Shown piece by piece: positions 37,071-46,970 of a stretch of 64,000 nucleotides of DNA; position 1 is the first letter of the stretch, and each line of letters begins with the position of its first letter. The stretch spans positions 22,904 to 86,903 of the IMG/VR virus record IMGVR_UViG_3300025697_000013; one strand, 5' to 3'. Made by a program: the position numbers and the translations under genes. The stretch comes from a virus. The notes beneath the pieces are model-generated. The model was given only the letters and a program-made list of their open reading frames with translations. It searched no databases and was not told where the DNA came from.

Positions 37071-39341
37071 TTAGCCGACGAGCATCTGCTCGTACTCCTG
37101 GATGACCCAGTCGATGGCGCTCGCCGAGTTGAAGCCCGTGCGTCCCCGGAGCTTCCCGGCCTTCTTGACAGCCGTGGTATTGAGCGCCGTCCCGAAGTCG
37201 ACGTAGAACGCCTGCTCCGGATCGTCCGAATCGAACGCTCCGAGGCCCGTCTGCGTCTCGAGGTACTTCTCGACCAGGTTCCGTGCATCCGAACGAGTCC
37301 GGTCCGATGGCCGCTTGTGCCGGAAGACGTCGAGGCCAGCGTCGATGATCTTCTCCATCCGAGCGGTCCCACGCCGCTGCGCGATGGTGACCCAGTTCCC
37401 GTCCCCCTTCAGGTTCCGGTGGCCGTCCAGGAAGATCTGCCCACCCTCCTTCTGCCAGATCGGATTGACCCGGCGCGGGTAGACGATGTCCCGAGCGGTT
37501 TCCTTGAGGCTCTCGGCGGTCTCACGGTTCGCCAGGATCTCCAGCCCGGTGGCTCCCTTGAAGTAGGCCAGCTCTTCGCCAGCGGGCTCATCGTAGATCC
37601 CGCCCTCGCGGTGCGCGTCCACCCGGGCCATGATCCCGGCGACGGAGGAGGCCGGGTCCACCAGGATGTTGTCGGTGTCCCCGTAGATCGCCTTGTCTGG
37701 GTTGGCGATCTGGATCCGGGGCCAGGTGATGGCTCCCTCCTCCCGGTAGTTCTCAAGGGCTGCGGATACCATGAACGCCGACATCGCCGCTGCGTTGAGA
37801 CCCAGCGGGGTTCCCAGGACCGGGAAGACCTTCCAGCTACGGGCGTCGTGGCAGTAGTCCACCAGGCCCTTCTCCAGGGCAGCGGAGGTCTCGTCCGGGA
37901 TCACCAGGAGGTCGAAGTCGGTGACGGTGTTGAGGGCATGCAGCCCCACCTCGGAGACCACCGAGCCGAGGAAGTCGTTGTCGTCGATCGCGGCGATGGC
38001 GTCGGCGCCACCGGTAAAGTTCGCCGAGGTGATGTTCACCGGGCGGTCCAGGAGGGGGGTGCCCAGGCCCGCGGCCAGGTCGGACGCCACCACCAGATCG
38101 GACCCGCTGGTCTCGTGGGCGAGCTTCGTCACGACGTTGTCGTCGTCGCCCGTCAGCACGATGCAGTTGGGGAAGGTCTCCAGGATCACTCCGCTCACGT
38201 AGACCGTGAGGTCGAAGTACGACGTCGAGCCGTTGCTGGCGTCGGAGACGATCATGTTCATGTTTTCGGAGTCTTCTCCGAAATACTTGGCGGTCAGGAG
38301 GGTGGTATCCGACTGCGCCGTGTCGGAGCCCGAGTGGATGATGCTGTCGAATCCGAACCGGGCCAGGGCCGTGCTGGTCGGGTTGAACTTGAAGGACGCC
38401 GCGACACCTGTGTCGATGGTGGAGATCCTGGCGGTGAGGTTCGTGTTCTGCGTCACAGTGACACCGACGGGGACAGCCTCCTCAAAGGTCGCCTCGGCCA
38501 ACGCCTTGAACTCAACGAAGGTCACCGCGCTCAGGTCGAGCACATTTCCGCTGCCGCTGGCGTCTGCGCCAGTGAGGCCCAGGGTCGTAGCCGCGGTCCC
38601 ACCGGTCACGCGGACGCGGGCCCCGGAACCCTGCTGCCCTGTCTCGAGGGTAAGGTCGTCGATGCCACCGGCCCCCTCGAACGCGTAGGCGTCCTGGATT
38701 TGCGTCTGGATCGCGTCGGCCACGTCCACAGCGGTGGTGTAGGTGGTGGCCCCGTTCCCGGGGATGGTCAGGGTCTGGATCTTTGTGAGATCCGCCCCCA
38801 CGACCACCAGGAGGGTCGTGTCCACAGCGGGGGTCCATGGGTACGGGCTCACTCCAGGAGCGGCGACCACCGCTGCCGAGGTGCCAGCAAAGGTCAGGGT
38901 GTTGTCCAGGTCGGCGTCGACCGATGCAACCAGCGTCTCCCCGTTTTGGACGAACCACGGAGCCTGCCACAGACCGTCGATGACCGCCGCCGACGCCGCC
39001 ACCGCTGCGGTCTTCAGGGTCAGGGTACCCTTCGCTGCGCTGTGGGTTCCGGCCAGGAGGTCGTCGTAGTGGACGGTCCGCATGCAGTAGATCTTCGTGC
39101 CCTCCTGGGCCTCCAGATAGAACTGCCGCGCTGCCAGGATCAGACTGTAGTCAGCGCCGAAGCCGCCATACTTGGCGAGCACCTCCGAGAAGCTGTAGCA
39201 CGCGAAGCCCACACCGATCGGGCCGCGCCCTGCGGTTCCAACCAGGGAAGTCACTCCGGTCTGTCCGCGGTTGCCCATCTTCTTTGCCGCCGCCTTCTCA
39301 AACGCGATTACCTTGCTCGAGAGAAGCATGTTATTGCCCAT
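37071..39341 (-). CDS. tail sheath protein with large insertions
   Basis: VGTAGRGPIG, TGGAD, WPRI, AGIMARVD, VNPI, QRRG. Confidence 0.93.
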   Translation of the reverse strand: MGNNMLLSSKVIAFEKAAAKKMGNRGQTGVTSLVGTAGRGPIGVGFACYSFSEVLAKYGGFGADYSLILAARQFYLEAQEGTKIYCMRTVHYDDLLAGTHSAAKGTLTLKTAAVAASAAVIDGLWQAPWFVQNGETLVASVDADLDNTLTFAGTSAAVVAAPGVSPYPWTPAVDTTLLVVVGADLTKIQTLTIPGNGATTYTTAVDVADAIQTQIQDAYAFEGAGGIDDLTLETGQQGSGARVRVTGGTAATTLGLTGADASGSGNVLDLSAVTFVEFKALAEATFEEAVPVGVTVTQNTNLTARISTIDTGVAASFKFNPTSTALARFGFDSIIHSGSDTAQSDTTLLTAKYFGEDSENMNMIVSDASNGSTSYFDLTVYVSGVILETFPNCIVLTGDDDNVVTKLAHETSGSDLVVASDLAAGLGTPLLDRPVNITSANFTGGADAIAAIDDNDFLGSVVSEVGLHALNTVTDFDLLVIPDETSAALEKGLVDYCHDARSWKVFPVLGTPLGLNAAAMSAFMVSAALENYREEGAITWPRIQIANPDKAIYGDTDNILVDPASSVAGIMARVDAHREGGIYDEPAGEELAYFKGATGLEILANRETAESLKETARDIVYPRRVNPIWQKEGGQIFLDGHRNLKGDGNWVTIAQRRGTARMEKIIDAGLDVFRHKRPSDRTRSDARNLVEKYLETQTGLGAFDSDDPEQAFYVDFGTALNTTAVKKAGKLRGRTGFNSASAIDWVIQEYEQMLVG

Positions 39342-39365
39342 AGCGCCCTCCATCGTTCTGGCGAT

Positions 39366-39394
39366 AACGTATCATTCGATCTCACCGTCCACAA
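39366..39394 (-). promoter_or_regulatory. possible promoter TTGTGG-N17-TACGTT with extended TG
   Basis: Intergenic, upstream of the sheath gene. Confidence 0.35.
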
Positions 39395-39410
39395 GACCAA
39401 TTTGCAAAAT

Positions 39411-40421
39411 CTAGTCCACCACCAACTTCTGCGCATCGAGATCTGCCACCACTCCGTCGTCACCACCGTCAAGGACGCCGCTGATTACCTGTGGCAGGAA
39501 GCTCTCGATGTCGATCTCACTCACCACCCATGTCTGCCTGAAAAACTGGATATTGCTGTTGCCCCTGGCGCGCCCGAACGTCATCTCAGTGTCAGGGAGG
39601 ATCGGATACACCTTGTCCCCGCGGGTCGCATCATCCGGATCCGCCAGAACAGTAATCGTCCGATTCACCCTGAAGAATCTGGTCACGGCAGCCGGAAGGT
39701 TGAGGAGATGCTTGTCGTTGCTCACGACCCCAACTACCTGGAACCGGAGGTCCACCGTCTCCGGGGTTTCGACCTCGACGCTGCCGTACTCATCGTCCCG
39801 GTCCTCAACATCTCGCTCCTGGGTCATCCCCATCCGATCGAACGGGATCCCCTGGATGCTCAAGCTGATGGCGGGAAGCTCCGAGAGTTGGGTCAGCGCA
39901 GACCCATCGACTTCGTTGTCGTAGTCGGTGTGGACCGAGGTGACAACGTTCCGCATCACCTGCTGTCGCATCTTCTGGACGAGGGCACGCACCACCCGGA
40001 GGACCATACAGTCCTGCTTCAGGTCTGGGTACTCGAAGGAGAAGGCCTCCTCGAGCGTCACTGTCTCGCCGGAGATCGGATCACCGTCCTCATCAATATT
40101 CAGGATCGTGACGTCCACCGCGCCCTTCGTCGCCTTGGTCCGCCGGTCGATCACGTAGCTGGCCGGGATCCCGCCTGGGATTCGACACCAGAGGATCCGG
40201 TCTCCGGGGTCGCCATCCTCGTCATCGATGACCCCGGTGAATTTCCAGTTACATTCGACTCCATCGAAGAGCACACGTACATGCTCCTTCAGGTCCCCTG
40301 CGGGGCCAGTGGCGGGGGGCTCGTGCGGGAGCGCGATGTTCGCACCCTTGATCGTGACGAGGTAGTTCCCGTGGCTCAGTCCGACAGCCGGCGTGATCGA
40401 GGTAATCGTCGGCACTCCCAT
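39411..40421 (-). CDS. IPT/TIG domain + putative tail terminator
   Basis: PTITSITPAVG..GNYLVTIKGAN N-terminus; position before the sheath. Confidence 0.7.
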   Translation of the reverse strand: MGVPTITSITPAVGLSHGNYLVTIKGANIALPHEPPATGPAGDLKEHVRVLFDGVECNWKFTGVIDDEDGDPGDRILWCRIPGGIPASYVIDRRTKATKGAVDVTILNIDEDGDPISGETVTLEEAFSFEYPDLKQDCMVLRVVRALVQKMRQQVMRNVVTSVHTDYDNEVDGSALTQLSELPAISLSIQGIPFDRMGMTQERDVEDRDDEYGSVEVETPETVDLRFQVVGVVSNDKHLLNLPAAVTRFFRVNRTITVLADPDDATRGDKVYPILPDTEMTFGRARGNSNIQFFRQTWVVSEIDIESFLPQVISGVLDGGDDGVVADLDAQKLVVD

Positions 40422-41039
40422 CTACGGCCTCCCCGCCACGCCGTTCATCAACCCGGCCACCCTCAGAGCATACCGACGCGAAAGCCCTTTCTTCCACTTT
40501 TCGAATGCAGGACGCAAGAACGGCCGCGCCGGGATATGGTAGACGATGGTAGTCGTGCTTGCCTTGAGGGGGGCAGCAATCAAGCCCTGAATGTACAGTG
40601 CCAAGAAGAGGTTCCGGACCATCGGAGTCACTGGAACGACGATAGTCTCGACACCATACTCCTGCAGCTCGCCGATGTTGGTCAGATCCTTGCCTTCCTC
40701 GTTAACCGCTGACCGCTTGATGCCCACGAAGAAGGCAGGCATCCCGCCGATAATTGAGTGCACCACGCTGATATTGTTGCGGAGGTCCCCGCGCCGCACC
40801 AGGGCTTTCGTCCCACGAAACCGTGCGAGCTTCCGCAGCGCCAACGTGAGAGGACTCAGTGCCAGGATCGAGGACCCACCAGGCGCCTGATTTGTGAGGC
40901 CCTGGACGATCTCCTTTCGGAGTGCATGAGCCTCAATGAGGGTCGCCTGGGTCTGAGCCTTGGCGAGTCGCTCAGGAAATGTAGCCATGGTTCGGACAGC
41001 CCGATCCCAGTCCCCGGTGAGCTTGATCTCACTCGCCAT
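40422..41039 (-). CDS. neck / virion morphogenesis protein
   Basis: LVRRGDLRNNI, EYG, IPARPFLRPAF. Confidence 0.85.
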   Translation of the reverse strand: MASEIKLTGDWDRAVRTMATFPERLAKAQTQATLIEAHALRKEIVQGLTNQAPGGSSILALSPLTLALRKLARFRGTKALVRRGDLRNNISVVHSIIGGMPAFFVGIKRSAVNEEGKDLTNIGELQEYGVETIVVPVTPMVRNLFLALYIQGLIAAPLKASTTTIVYHIPARPFLRPAFEKWKKGLSRRYALRVAGLMNGVAGRP

Positions 41040-41524
41040 CAGAGTTGCTCTCCCTGCTTTCTGGAATCGAGGTCCACCTGCCAGAAGTTTAGCCCGTGCT
41101 CAAGCACCGCGGGTCGCACCTCCGTGACGAAGATTTCCAGATTGCCGAAAGACACAGCCGGGCGCCGAAATCGGTCGAGGATTCTGCTCACCCGGTCGTT
41201 GACCATGAGCGTCACCACGCCGGTCGCTGCATCCAGGAGGCCAGCGCGGATCAGGTCCCGACGGTGGATGTAGAGCTTCGTATTCGAATCTGGAGCGTTC
41301 CCGGTGGCCACCTGCCGCAGGGACTCGAAGTCCTGGACCTCGATGGTGGCCTTCACCAGGAAGGCGTCTTTCTCGGGGCGCTTGAGGGTACCCACCTTGT
41401 CGTCGTCATCGTCCACAAAGAGGGGTTCATTGAGGTCCTCGTCGTAGATGTCCACCAACGGATCCTCGGTGACGAGCTGGCGCAGCTCGACCCAGAAGAA
41501 ATGCAGTGGACGTCCGGAGGCCAC
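41039..41524 (-). CDS. head closure / head-tail adaptor
   Basis: Position in the neck module; 161 aa. Confidence 0.6.
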   Translation of the reverse strand: MASGRPLHFFWVELRQLVTEDPLVDIYDEDLNEPLFVDDDDDKVGTLKRPEKDAFLVKATIEVQDFESLRQVATGNAPDSNTKLYIHRRDLIRAGLLDAATGVVTLMVNDRVSRILDRFRRPAVSFGNLEIFVTEVRPAVLEHGLNFWQVDLDSRKQGEQL

Positions 41525-41526
41525 AG

Positions 41527-42549
41527 CTACACCACGGTCCCGCTGATGGGCCGCACGTACTGAAGCAGGATATCGTCGATCTCTGGATCGCCAGTGATGG
41601 CCCCCGCTCGGCCCCTATAGAATGCTGATCCATGGCTACCCATCCGGTCGCTCTGTGTCCGATGCCGGATCTTCCGATCCTCGACCTCATCGAACACGAG
41701 TTGCTGCGGAGTCTCGCGGATGGCCAGCCTGACCGCTGCCTGGCGTAGCGGCATCGGAAGATGCCCGGGCCCGGGCACGCCCAGGTCGGGATCGGTGTAC
41801 CCGAAAACACCAGTCACCCAGTAGAGGCACGCTGCCAGCCATGTCCCGTCAGGCAGGAGAAGCCCGGGCAAATCCCGGTCATCTCGATCCGCAGCGGACT
41901 GGACACGCAGGTGCCGGTTCATCACCTCGATATCGGCCAGGTCGTAGTCCTCGCCGTCCCTGACGCCCTCGGCGATCAGGCCCTCAGTGATAGCGCCCAG
42001 GCCAATGATCGGATCGGGAAGGATCAGGAAATCTGCGCCGCTTCCGCGGGCCTCCACCTCGAGGCCCACCGAACCGAAACGCTGCCGCCCCGTCACCGAT
42101 CTGATGAAGCCGCCGACCCTCGTGAGGATCGCCTGCAGCCGCTTCTCCGGCAGTTCTGTGGTGTCGAAGCCCTCGTCGCGCAACTCGTAGGGAAGGCAGA
42201 GCCATGGAGTGGGATCCGCCCAAAGCACCGTCGTGACCTCGAAATCCCGCCTGGTCTGGTAGATGGTCCCGCCGCTGTCCACGGCCCACTTCCAGCGAAC
42301 CTCCCATCGGCCAACTTCTGCGTCGCCAGCAATGTCCGCCGTCACGCAGTATCTCCCTGTGGAAATCTTCGTGGCGTCGGTCCAGTCTGTGGTGATGTGT
42401 GCGGGGGCGTCGCCAGTGAGATCCCAGAGTTGGAATTGAATCGAGTCGGCGTCGATCAGGCGACCCGTCTCGGGATGGACGATCCAGAAGTCGAGGATGC
42501 TCTCGTCTGTCCCGATCCCGAGACTACTTCCTTTCTCCACTGCCAACAT
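41527..42549 (-). CDS. head-tail connector with N-terminal Ig-like domain
   Basis: FIRSVTG, GVFGY, PLRQAAVRL, TGDPEIDDILLQY. Confidence 0.75.
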   Translation of the reverse strand: MLAVEKGSSLGIGTDESILDFWIVHPETGRLIDADSIQFQLWDLTGDAPAHITTDWTDATKISTGRYCVTADIAGDAEVGRWEVRWKWAVDSGGTIYQTRRDFEVTTVLWADPTPWLCLPYELRDEGFDTTELPEKRLQAILTRVGGFIRSVTGRQRFGSVGLEVEARGSGADFLILPDPIIGLGAITEGLIAEGVRDGEDYDLADIEVMNRHLRVQSAADRDDRDLPGLLLPDGTWLAACLYWVTGVFGYTDPDLGVPGPGHLPMPLRQAAVRLAIRETPQQLVFDEVEDRKIRHRTQSDRMGSHGSAFYRGRAGAITGDPEIDDILLQYVRPISGTVV

Positions 42550-42964
42550 CGTCACCCTCCGAATCTTCGCTAGCATTGGGGTCGGCTTCGTCGGCAGTCT
42601 GCATCGCCTCGAATTGCTTCACGACCCTCGCAGCCTCCTTGGCCTTGCCAATGTTCTCGGCGGCCAAATGGGCCTGAGCGTTGGCCTCTGCAGCCACCTC
42701 CTGTGCCACACTGAAAACCATGTCGTTCATCATGGCTCGGACGGCACCAAGCACATTGCCTTCGGACTTCTCGAGAGTTGCATCCCAGGCTTTCTGGAGT
42801 CCTTCGAGATTTTTGTCTGCCTCGATTCGAGCCTTGTGCTTCGCAGGCAGGATCCGAACGAACTTCGCCAGAACCTCTGAGGCTCCGCTGTGCTGCACGG
42901 ACATCCGCTGGTACCGTCCGATATCTGCCCGCATGCTTTCAATGAATTTGTCAGTCCCTGCCAT
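42524..42964 (-). CDS. hypothetical helical protein
   Basis: 146 aa, GAGGAG RBS. Confidence 0.65.
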   Translation of the reverse strand: MAGTDKFIESMRADIGRYQRMSVQHSGASEVLAKFVRILPAKHKARIEADKNLEGLQKAWDATLEKSEGNVLGAVRAMMNDMVFSVAQEVAAEANAQAHLAAENIGKAKEAARVVKQFEAMQTADEADPNASEDSEGDDVGSGERK

Positions 42965-43208
42965 GTTGATCTCCTCGTCGGTCCACTGGCGTCACCAGCT
43001 TCTTGAGAGACCGCTGGCTGGCGTCGAATCGGGCCGACTCTGAATTGGCAAACTCCACGCGGAGTTGCGCTGCTCTACCTTCCGGATCATCGAAGCTGAA
43101 GCGGTACTGATAGCGACCGATCTTGTGTGCGCTCAGTACCTTCAGGCCACACATGTGCAGCCATGCAGCAACGGCCAGATCCGGGGTCTTGGCGACCCCG
43201 TCGCTCAC
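42951..43208 (-). CDS. small DUF5659-like protein
   Basis: TPDLAVAAWL..G......YRFSF pattern. Confidence 0.65.
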   Translation of the reverse strand: MSDGVAKTPDLAVAAWLHMCGLKVLSAHKIGRYQYRFSFDDPEGRAAQLRVEFANSESARFDASQRSLKKLVTPVDRRGDQHGRD

Positions 43209-43789
43209 TTCTTCCCACCGCGCTTCTTCGCGGTGCCCCTCTGTTTCGGTGGTGCCTTCTTCTTCGGCGCGGGCTTCGGCGCGGGCTTCGACGCTGCCAG
43301 GTCCACCACCTTCAGCTTCTCCGGCTCGGGAACCAGCTCGGGCCTTGCCTCTGTCACCGCGGCGTCCAGGCGCCCCTGTAGACGAGCCTTCTCGGCGCGC
43401 TCCGCCTTGAGGTCGGCAGCCTGCTTCGCTGACTTCTTCCGAAGTTCATCCAGCGCTCGCTGGACGACGGGATCGCCACCGCGCACCTCGTCGGGGTGCC
43501 GGGTCTCCAGACCCCCACCACCAACGATCTCGATATCGTCGTCGACCTTCCGGCGCTGATCCTGCTCCCACTGACGGGCATCGGACTCATTCATCACCAG
43601 GAACGCCAGGAGGCTGGTCGGATCATTCGGATTCGAGCGGAGTTGGCGAAGCGAAGCGGCCAAGTCATCGCTGACCAAACGCCACTTGTTGTCATTGAGG
43701 AACATGGTCCCACGGAAGTTGTACCGCTTGACCTTGTGGCCAGTCGACCTGCTGAAAGGTACCAGCTTAGCCATGAGTTGCTCGGACAT
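43205..43789 (-). CDS. hypothetical protein with basic C-terminus
   Basis: 194 aa, GAGGAGG RBS. Confidence 0.75.
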   Translation of the reverse strand: MSEQLMAKLVPFSRSTGHKVKRYNFRGTMFLNDNKWRLVSDDLAASLRQLRSNPNDPTSLLAFLVMNESDARQWEQDQRRKVDDDIEIVGGGGLETRHPDEVRGGDPVVQRALDELRKKSAKQAADLKAERAEKARLQGRLDAAVTEARPELVPEPEKLKVVDLAASKPAPKPAPKKKAPPKQRGTAKKRGGKK

Positions 43790-43851
43790 TTCGTCCTCCT
43801 CTACCTGTGAAGGGGCCCTCGGCTCATCACCGGAGGCCCCTTGGTTTCAGT

Positions 43852-45903
43852 CTAGACGCCCACGTCATGCGCGTGGTCACCCGCTGCGGTGATGGAATGG
43901 GTGTGCGTGGCCTCGGCATCCGCAGTCACTCCCGTCGCATCAGCGGCGATCGCGTGGGTGTGCGTGGCCTCGGCATCCGCAGTCACTCCCGTCGCATCAG
44001 CGGCGATCGCGTGGGTGTGATCGGGCAGCGGCAGGAAGCAGGTCGCCTGAATATCGCCAGCAACACCCACAGGAGCAGACGGACGGACCAACCCCTCCAC
44101 AGCGTAGATAGTGGTTGTTCCTAAAATCACATTCTGGCCTCCCGCTAAATCAATGAACTGATGCACGAATGCACAGCCGTGGATCATGGCGAACCCGCTG
44201 TCTGCCCCCGTGTATAGATCGAAGACCTCCGCGTCGGCAGTCGCCACGAACTCGAACGTTATCTCGGCGACGTACACGACAGCCCGCTCGATGGGAATAG
44301 CACACTTCGGCATGTTCGGAGACATCCAGCCTTCCGCTATTTCGTCTGCGACACAGGCATCCTCGATCTCCTCCTGCGTGATCACCCTGGTCTCATCGTT
44401 ACCAAGCAACGTGTTGAGGTTGCGGTAGCTGATGGTACAGTCACCACACTTGAACTCGTACACCAGGAAGTCCACTGTCCCAGCGCTCACGGCCAGGGCA
44501 CCAAACGACCCAGTGCCCACGTCCAGGACCACGGCAGTGGGACTCGTGTATGAAGCGATCCTCCCGTAAAGCCCGTTGTTGCCAGGAACAGTAGCATCGT
44601 TCTGGATGTAGACGTACTTGCCGACCATCGCGGCAGTGAACCCACCCCACATGGCATCGGTGAGTATGATATTCGGGCCGGCACCGTCCAACGTCAGGAC
44701 TCCGTTCACGCCATTGTTGGATTCCGTCCAGTTGATCGCCAAGTCCGGCTCGATAGCGGTGTTGTACTCCATCCAGGCGGCTCCACCGGGATTCGGGGTC
44801 GAAGGTATCACAGCAAAGGGACCGCCTATGAACGGTTGAGACGGCGTAGGCATACTCCCACGGAGAGACATGGGAATCGTGGCCGCTCCGTCGCTGCCCG
44901 TGGCCGCTCCGTGGTCATGGTTGGGATCGGTGATCGCGTGGGTGTGCGTGGCACCGGCAGCCGTCGCCGCACCGTGGTCATGGTTGGGGTCGGTGATCGC
45001 GTGGGTGTGCGTGGCACCAGCACCCGTAGCGGCACCGTGGTCATGCCCCCCGGCGTCCTTCGCCTGGAGGATCCCCCAGGTCGCGCCGTCGTAGGCGTAG
45101 ATCAAGTCCTCGTCCGCTACCCACAGCTTCTGACCCTCAGCCACGACGACCACAATCCAGGCAGCGCCGTTCCAGACGTAACAGTTCCCATCGGTCCAGC
45201 CGTTCGCTGTGGCAGTCGCCAGATACGCATCCCAGTCCGACGGAGCAACGGGGAGCGCGGCGGTCGGATCGAAGCGACCCAGGACCCCGGTCTGCCCCAG
45301 GTAGAACGCCGCGTGCTGCGCCTCGGTCAGGTGGAAGTACTCACTCGTGGTCCCGCCCTGGAGACCCGCCAGGAGCGCGTGGGCAATCTGCTCCTCGAAG
45401 CGGATCCACGCGGCACCGGTGAAGGTGTACCAGACGTTCTCATCCTCGACCTCGACAAGCGCTCCCTCGTCAGGAACGTACTCGTCCCAGGCGCTCGCGC
45501 CGTTCAGGGTGTAGATGTAGTCCTTGGTCCAGGTGTTCGCGGTCGCGGTGGCCAGGTACCGATCCCCTTCGGTGGGGGTCACCGGCAGATTCGGGGTGGG
45601 ATCGTACCGAGACAGGACGGACTCCTGGGGGTCCTTGTCGCCCATCAGCCCCGACTCGATGGACCCGCGGTCCACACCCGCCACCACCAGCTTCGTCGCG
45701 CCGGTCGCTGCCGAGAAGGTGATGTAGGTGGTCTTCGCCGCGCTGAGGTACAGGACGACGTCGCCGGTCGTCGCATCGACGTCGATGGTGAGATTCTGCC
45801 GGGCGATGGACGCGCGCAGGGCAGCCACCGCGTCGGGCGAATGTCGCACCGACAGGTGAGTACCGGGGACGCCTCGCTCGGGAAGGTTATTCAGATCAGC
45901 CAT
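43852..45903 (-). CDS. fibre protein: two DUF2793-like repeats + HxH needle motifs
   Basis: Two (R)xDPT..LP...YLATATAN.W repeats; nine HxH motifs. Confidence 0.75.
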   Translation of the reverse strand: MADLNNLPERGVPGTHLSVRHSPDAVAALRASIARQNLTIDVDATTGDVVLYLSAAKTTYITFSAATGATKLVVAGVDRGSIESGLMGDKDPQESVLSRYDPTPNLPVTPTEGDRYLATATANTWTKDYIYTLNGASAWDEYVPDEGALVEVEDENVWYTFTGAAWIRFEEQIAHALLAGLQGGTTSEYFHLTEAQHAAFYLGQTGVLGRFDPTAALPVAPSDWDAYLATATANGWTDGNCYVWNGAAWIVVVVAEGQKLWVADEDLIYAYDGATWGILQAKDAGGHDHGAATGAGATHTHAITDPNHDHGAATAAGATHTHAITDPNHDHGAATGSDGAATIPMSLRGSMPTPSQPFIGGPFAVIPSTPNPGGAAWMEYNTAIEPDLAINWTESNNGVNGVLTLDGAGPNIILTDAMWGGFTAAMVGKYVYIQNDATVPGNNGLYGRIASYTSPTAVVLDVGTGSFGALAVSAGTVDFLVYEFKCGDCTISYRNLNTLLGNDETRVITQEEIEDACVADEIAEGWMSPNMPKCAIPIERAVVYVAEITFEFVATADAEVFDLYTGADSGFAMIHGCAFVHQFIDLAGGQNVILGTTTIYAVEGLVRPSAPVGVAGDIQATCFLPLPDHTHAIAADATGVTADAEATHTHAIAADATGVTADAEATHTHSITAAGDHAHDVGV
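43898..44019. repeat. perfect 57-bp tandem repeat (about 2.1 copies)
   Basis: Units start at 43898, 43955 and 44012; encodes HTHAIAADATGVTADAEAT. Confidence 0.92.
44909..45045. repeat. imperfect 63-bp tandem repeat (about 2.2 copies)
   Basis: Units start at 44909, 44972 and 45035; encodes HDHGAAT(G/A)AGATHTHAITDPN. Confidence 0.9.
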
Positions 45904-45948
45904 GTGTCTCTCCTCCCGTTATGGGAATCATCTTGAACAGCCCGCAGG

Positions 45949-46887
45949 CTACGCGTAGGTGATCCCGGTTCCCTTGGTGATGCCCTCTTCCTCACCGAAG
46001 GTGCAGTCGGTCCGCACCGAGATCAGGATGTAGACCACCCCGTCCCGCTTGCTGACCTCGTGCTCCACCTCGACCTTCCGCTGGAAGCCGACGATGAAGT
46101 TCTTGGGGTTCCCCATGAGCGCGGTGGTCTCGTCGTGCCCGCTTCCACCGTCCTCGGGCATCACGGGCACGCCCACGATCGGCATCCCCTGCCACTTCGG
46201 GGCCATGCCCTCGATGGCAGCACGATCGCCCGCGGGGGTTCCGCGCTCGCCGATCTGGTCCGCGTACTCGGACTCCGCGTCGGAGCCGACGTAGTTGACC
46301 ATCTGCTTCTTGTTCTTCCGGTGGGCCTTGGGCACGGTTGCCCACATCGCCTTGAAGACGTCCTTGCTCACCAGGTCCCCGCCTGCGGCGTAGACGTTGG
46401 AGGTCGCCTTCGTGATCCAGCCGTCCAGGATCCCGAGGAAGGGATCCCCACCGGAGATGTATCCGTTGAGGAACAACTCGTCAAGGTCCAGGCCAGCCCG
46501 CTCGACCATGAGGGAGGTCACGGTGCTCAGGAACTTCTTGCCCTCGATGTTGTCCTCGAACACCTCCTTCGGGATGTCGCACTCGCCCTTGAGGAGCTTC
46601 GAGGTCAGGGTATCGCGGCTCAGGTCCGGAGCCACCCGGCTGCCCGATCCAACGGCGGAGCCGGAGGTGCCCGCAGCCAGCACTCGGGCGGAGGTGAATC
46701 CTACCTTCTCGACCCGGCGCTCCGGGTTCTTCATTGTGAGGACCCGGGACTTCGGGAGGATGGTGGAGCTGGCGATCAGCTTTTTGAGAAATAACTTGGC
46801 CTGCTCGGGAACCAAAACACCACCGTCCGTGGTGAGGTCCCCAAGGGCCATGTCTGCCTTCTGGATCCAGGTGCGCGCGTCATCCAT
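45949..46887 (-). CDS. major capsid protein (HK97 fold)
   Basis: GGVLVPEQAKLF, EVFEDNIEG, DLDELFLNG, DGWI, NPKN. Confidence 0.92.
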   Translation of the reverse strand: MDDARTWIQKADMALGDLTTDGGVLVPEQAKLFLKKLIASSTILPKSRVLTMKNPERRVEKVGFTSARVLAAGTSGSAVGSGSRVAPDLSRDTLTSKLLKGECDIPKEVFEDNIEGKKFLSTVTSLMVERAGLDLDELFLNGYISGGDPFLGILDGWITKATSNVYAAGGDLVSKDVFKAMWATVPKAHRKNKKQMVNYVGSDAESEYADQIGERGTPAGDRAAIEGMAPKWQGMPIVGVPVMPEDGGSGHDETTALMGNPKNFIVGFQRKVEVEHEVSKRDGVVYILISVRTDCTFGEEEGITKGTGITYA

Positions 46888-46970
46888 TTTCAACTCCTCG
46901 TGGGTTCGGTTTTCATTCTCGCGCTCCGAAGATCCCCCTACTACTCAGCCCGTCACACCGGAGTCTACGT

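Noticed and set aside
806-40422. Many junctions place the next start in frame just after a stop (806/810, 11793/11797, 16555/16559, 17773/17777, 29195/29199, 40421/40422), hinting at stop-codon recoding
   Set aside because: Stops are a mix of TAG and TGA, ORFs contain complete domains, most downstream genes have their own RBS, and no suppressor tRNA is present
37317-40712. 1131-aa plus-strand ORF and other long antisense ORFs (e.g. 33429-35390, 47719-49554)
   Set aside because: Shadow frames of GC3-rich minus-strand genes with no recognisable motifs
43898-45045. Diversity-generating retroelement (TR/VR) interpretation of the fibre repeats
   Set aside because: Repeats are tandem and in frame, differences are not adenine-specific, and no reverse transcriptase is in the window
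45903-45951. Capsid-to-fibre readthrough fusion
   Set aside because: An in-frame TGA follows six codons after the capsid stop, and the fibre gene has its own RBS
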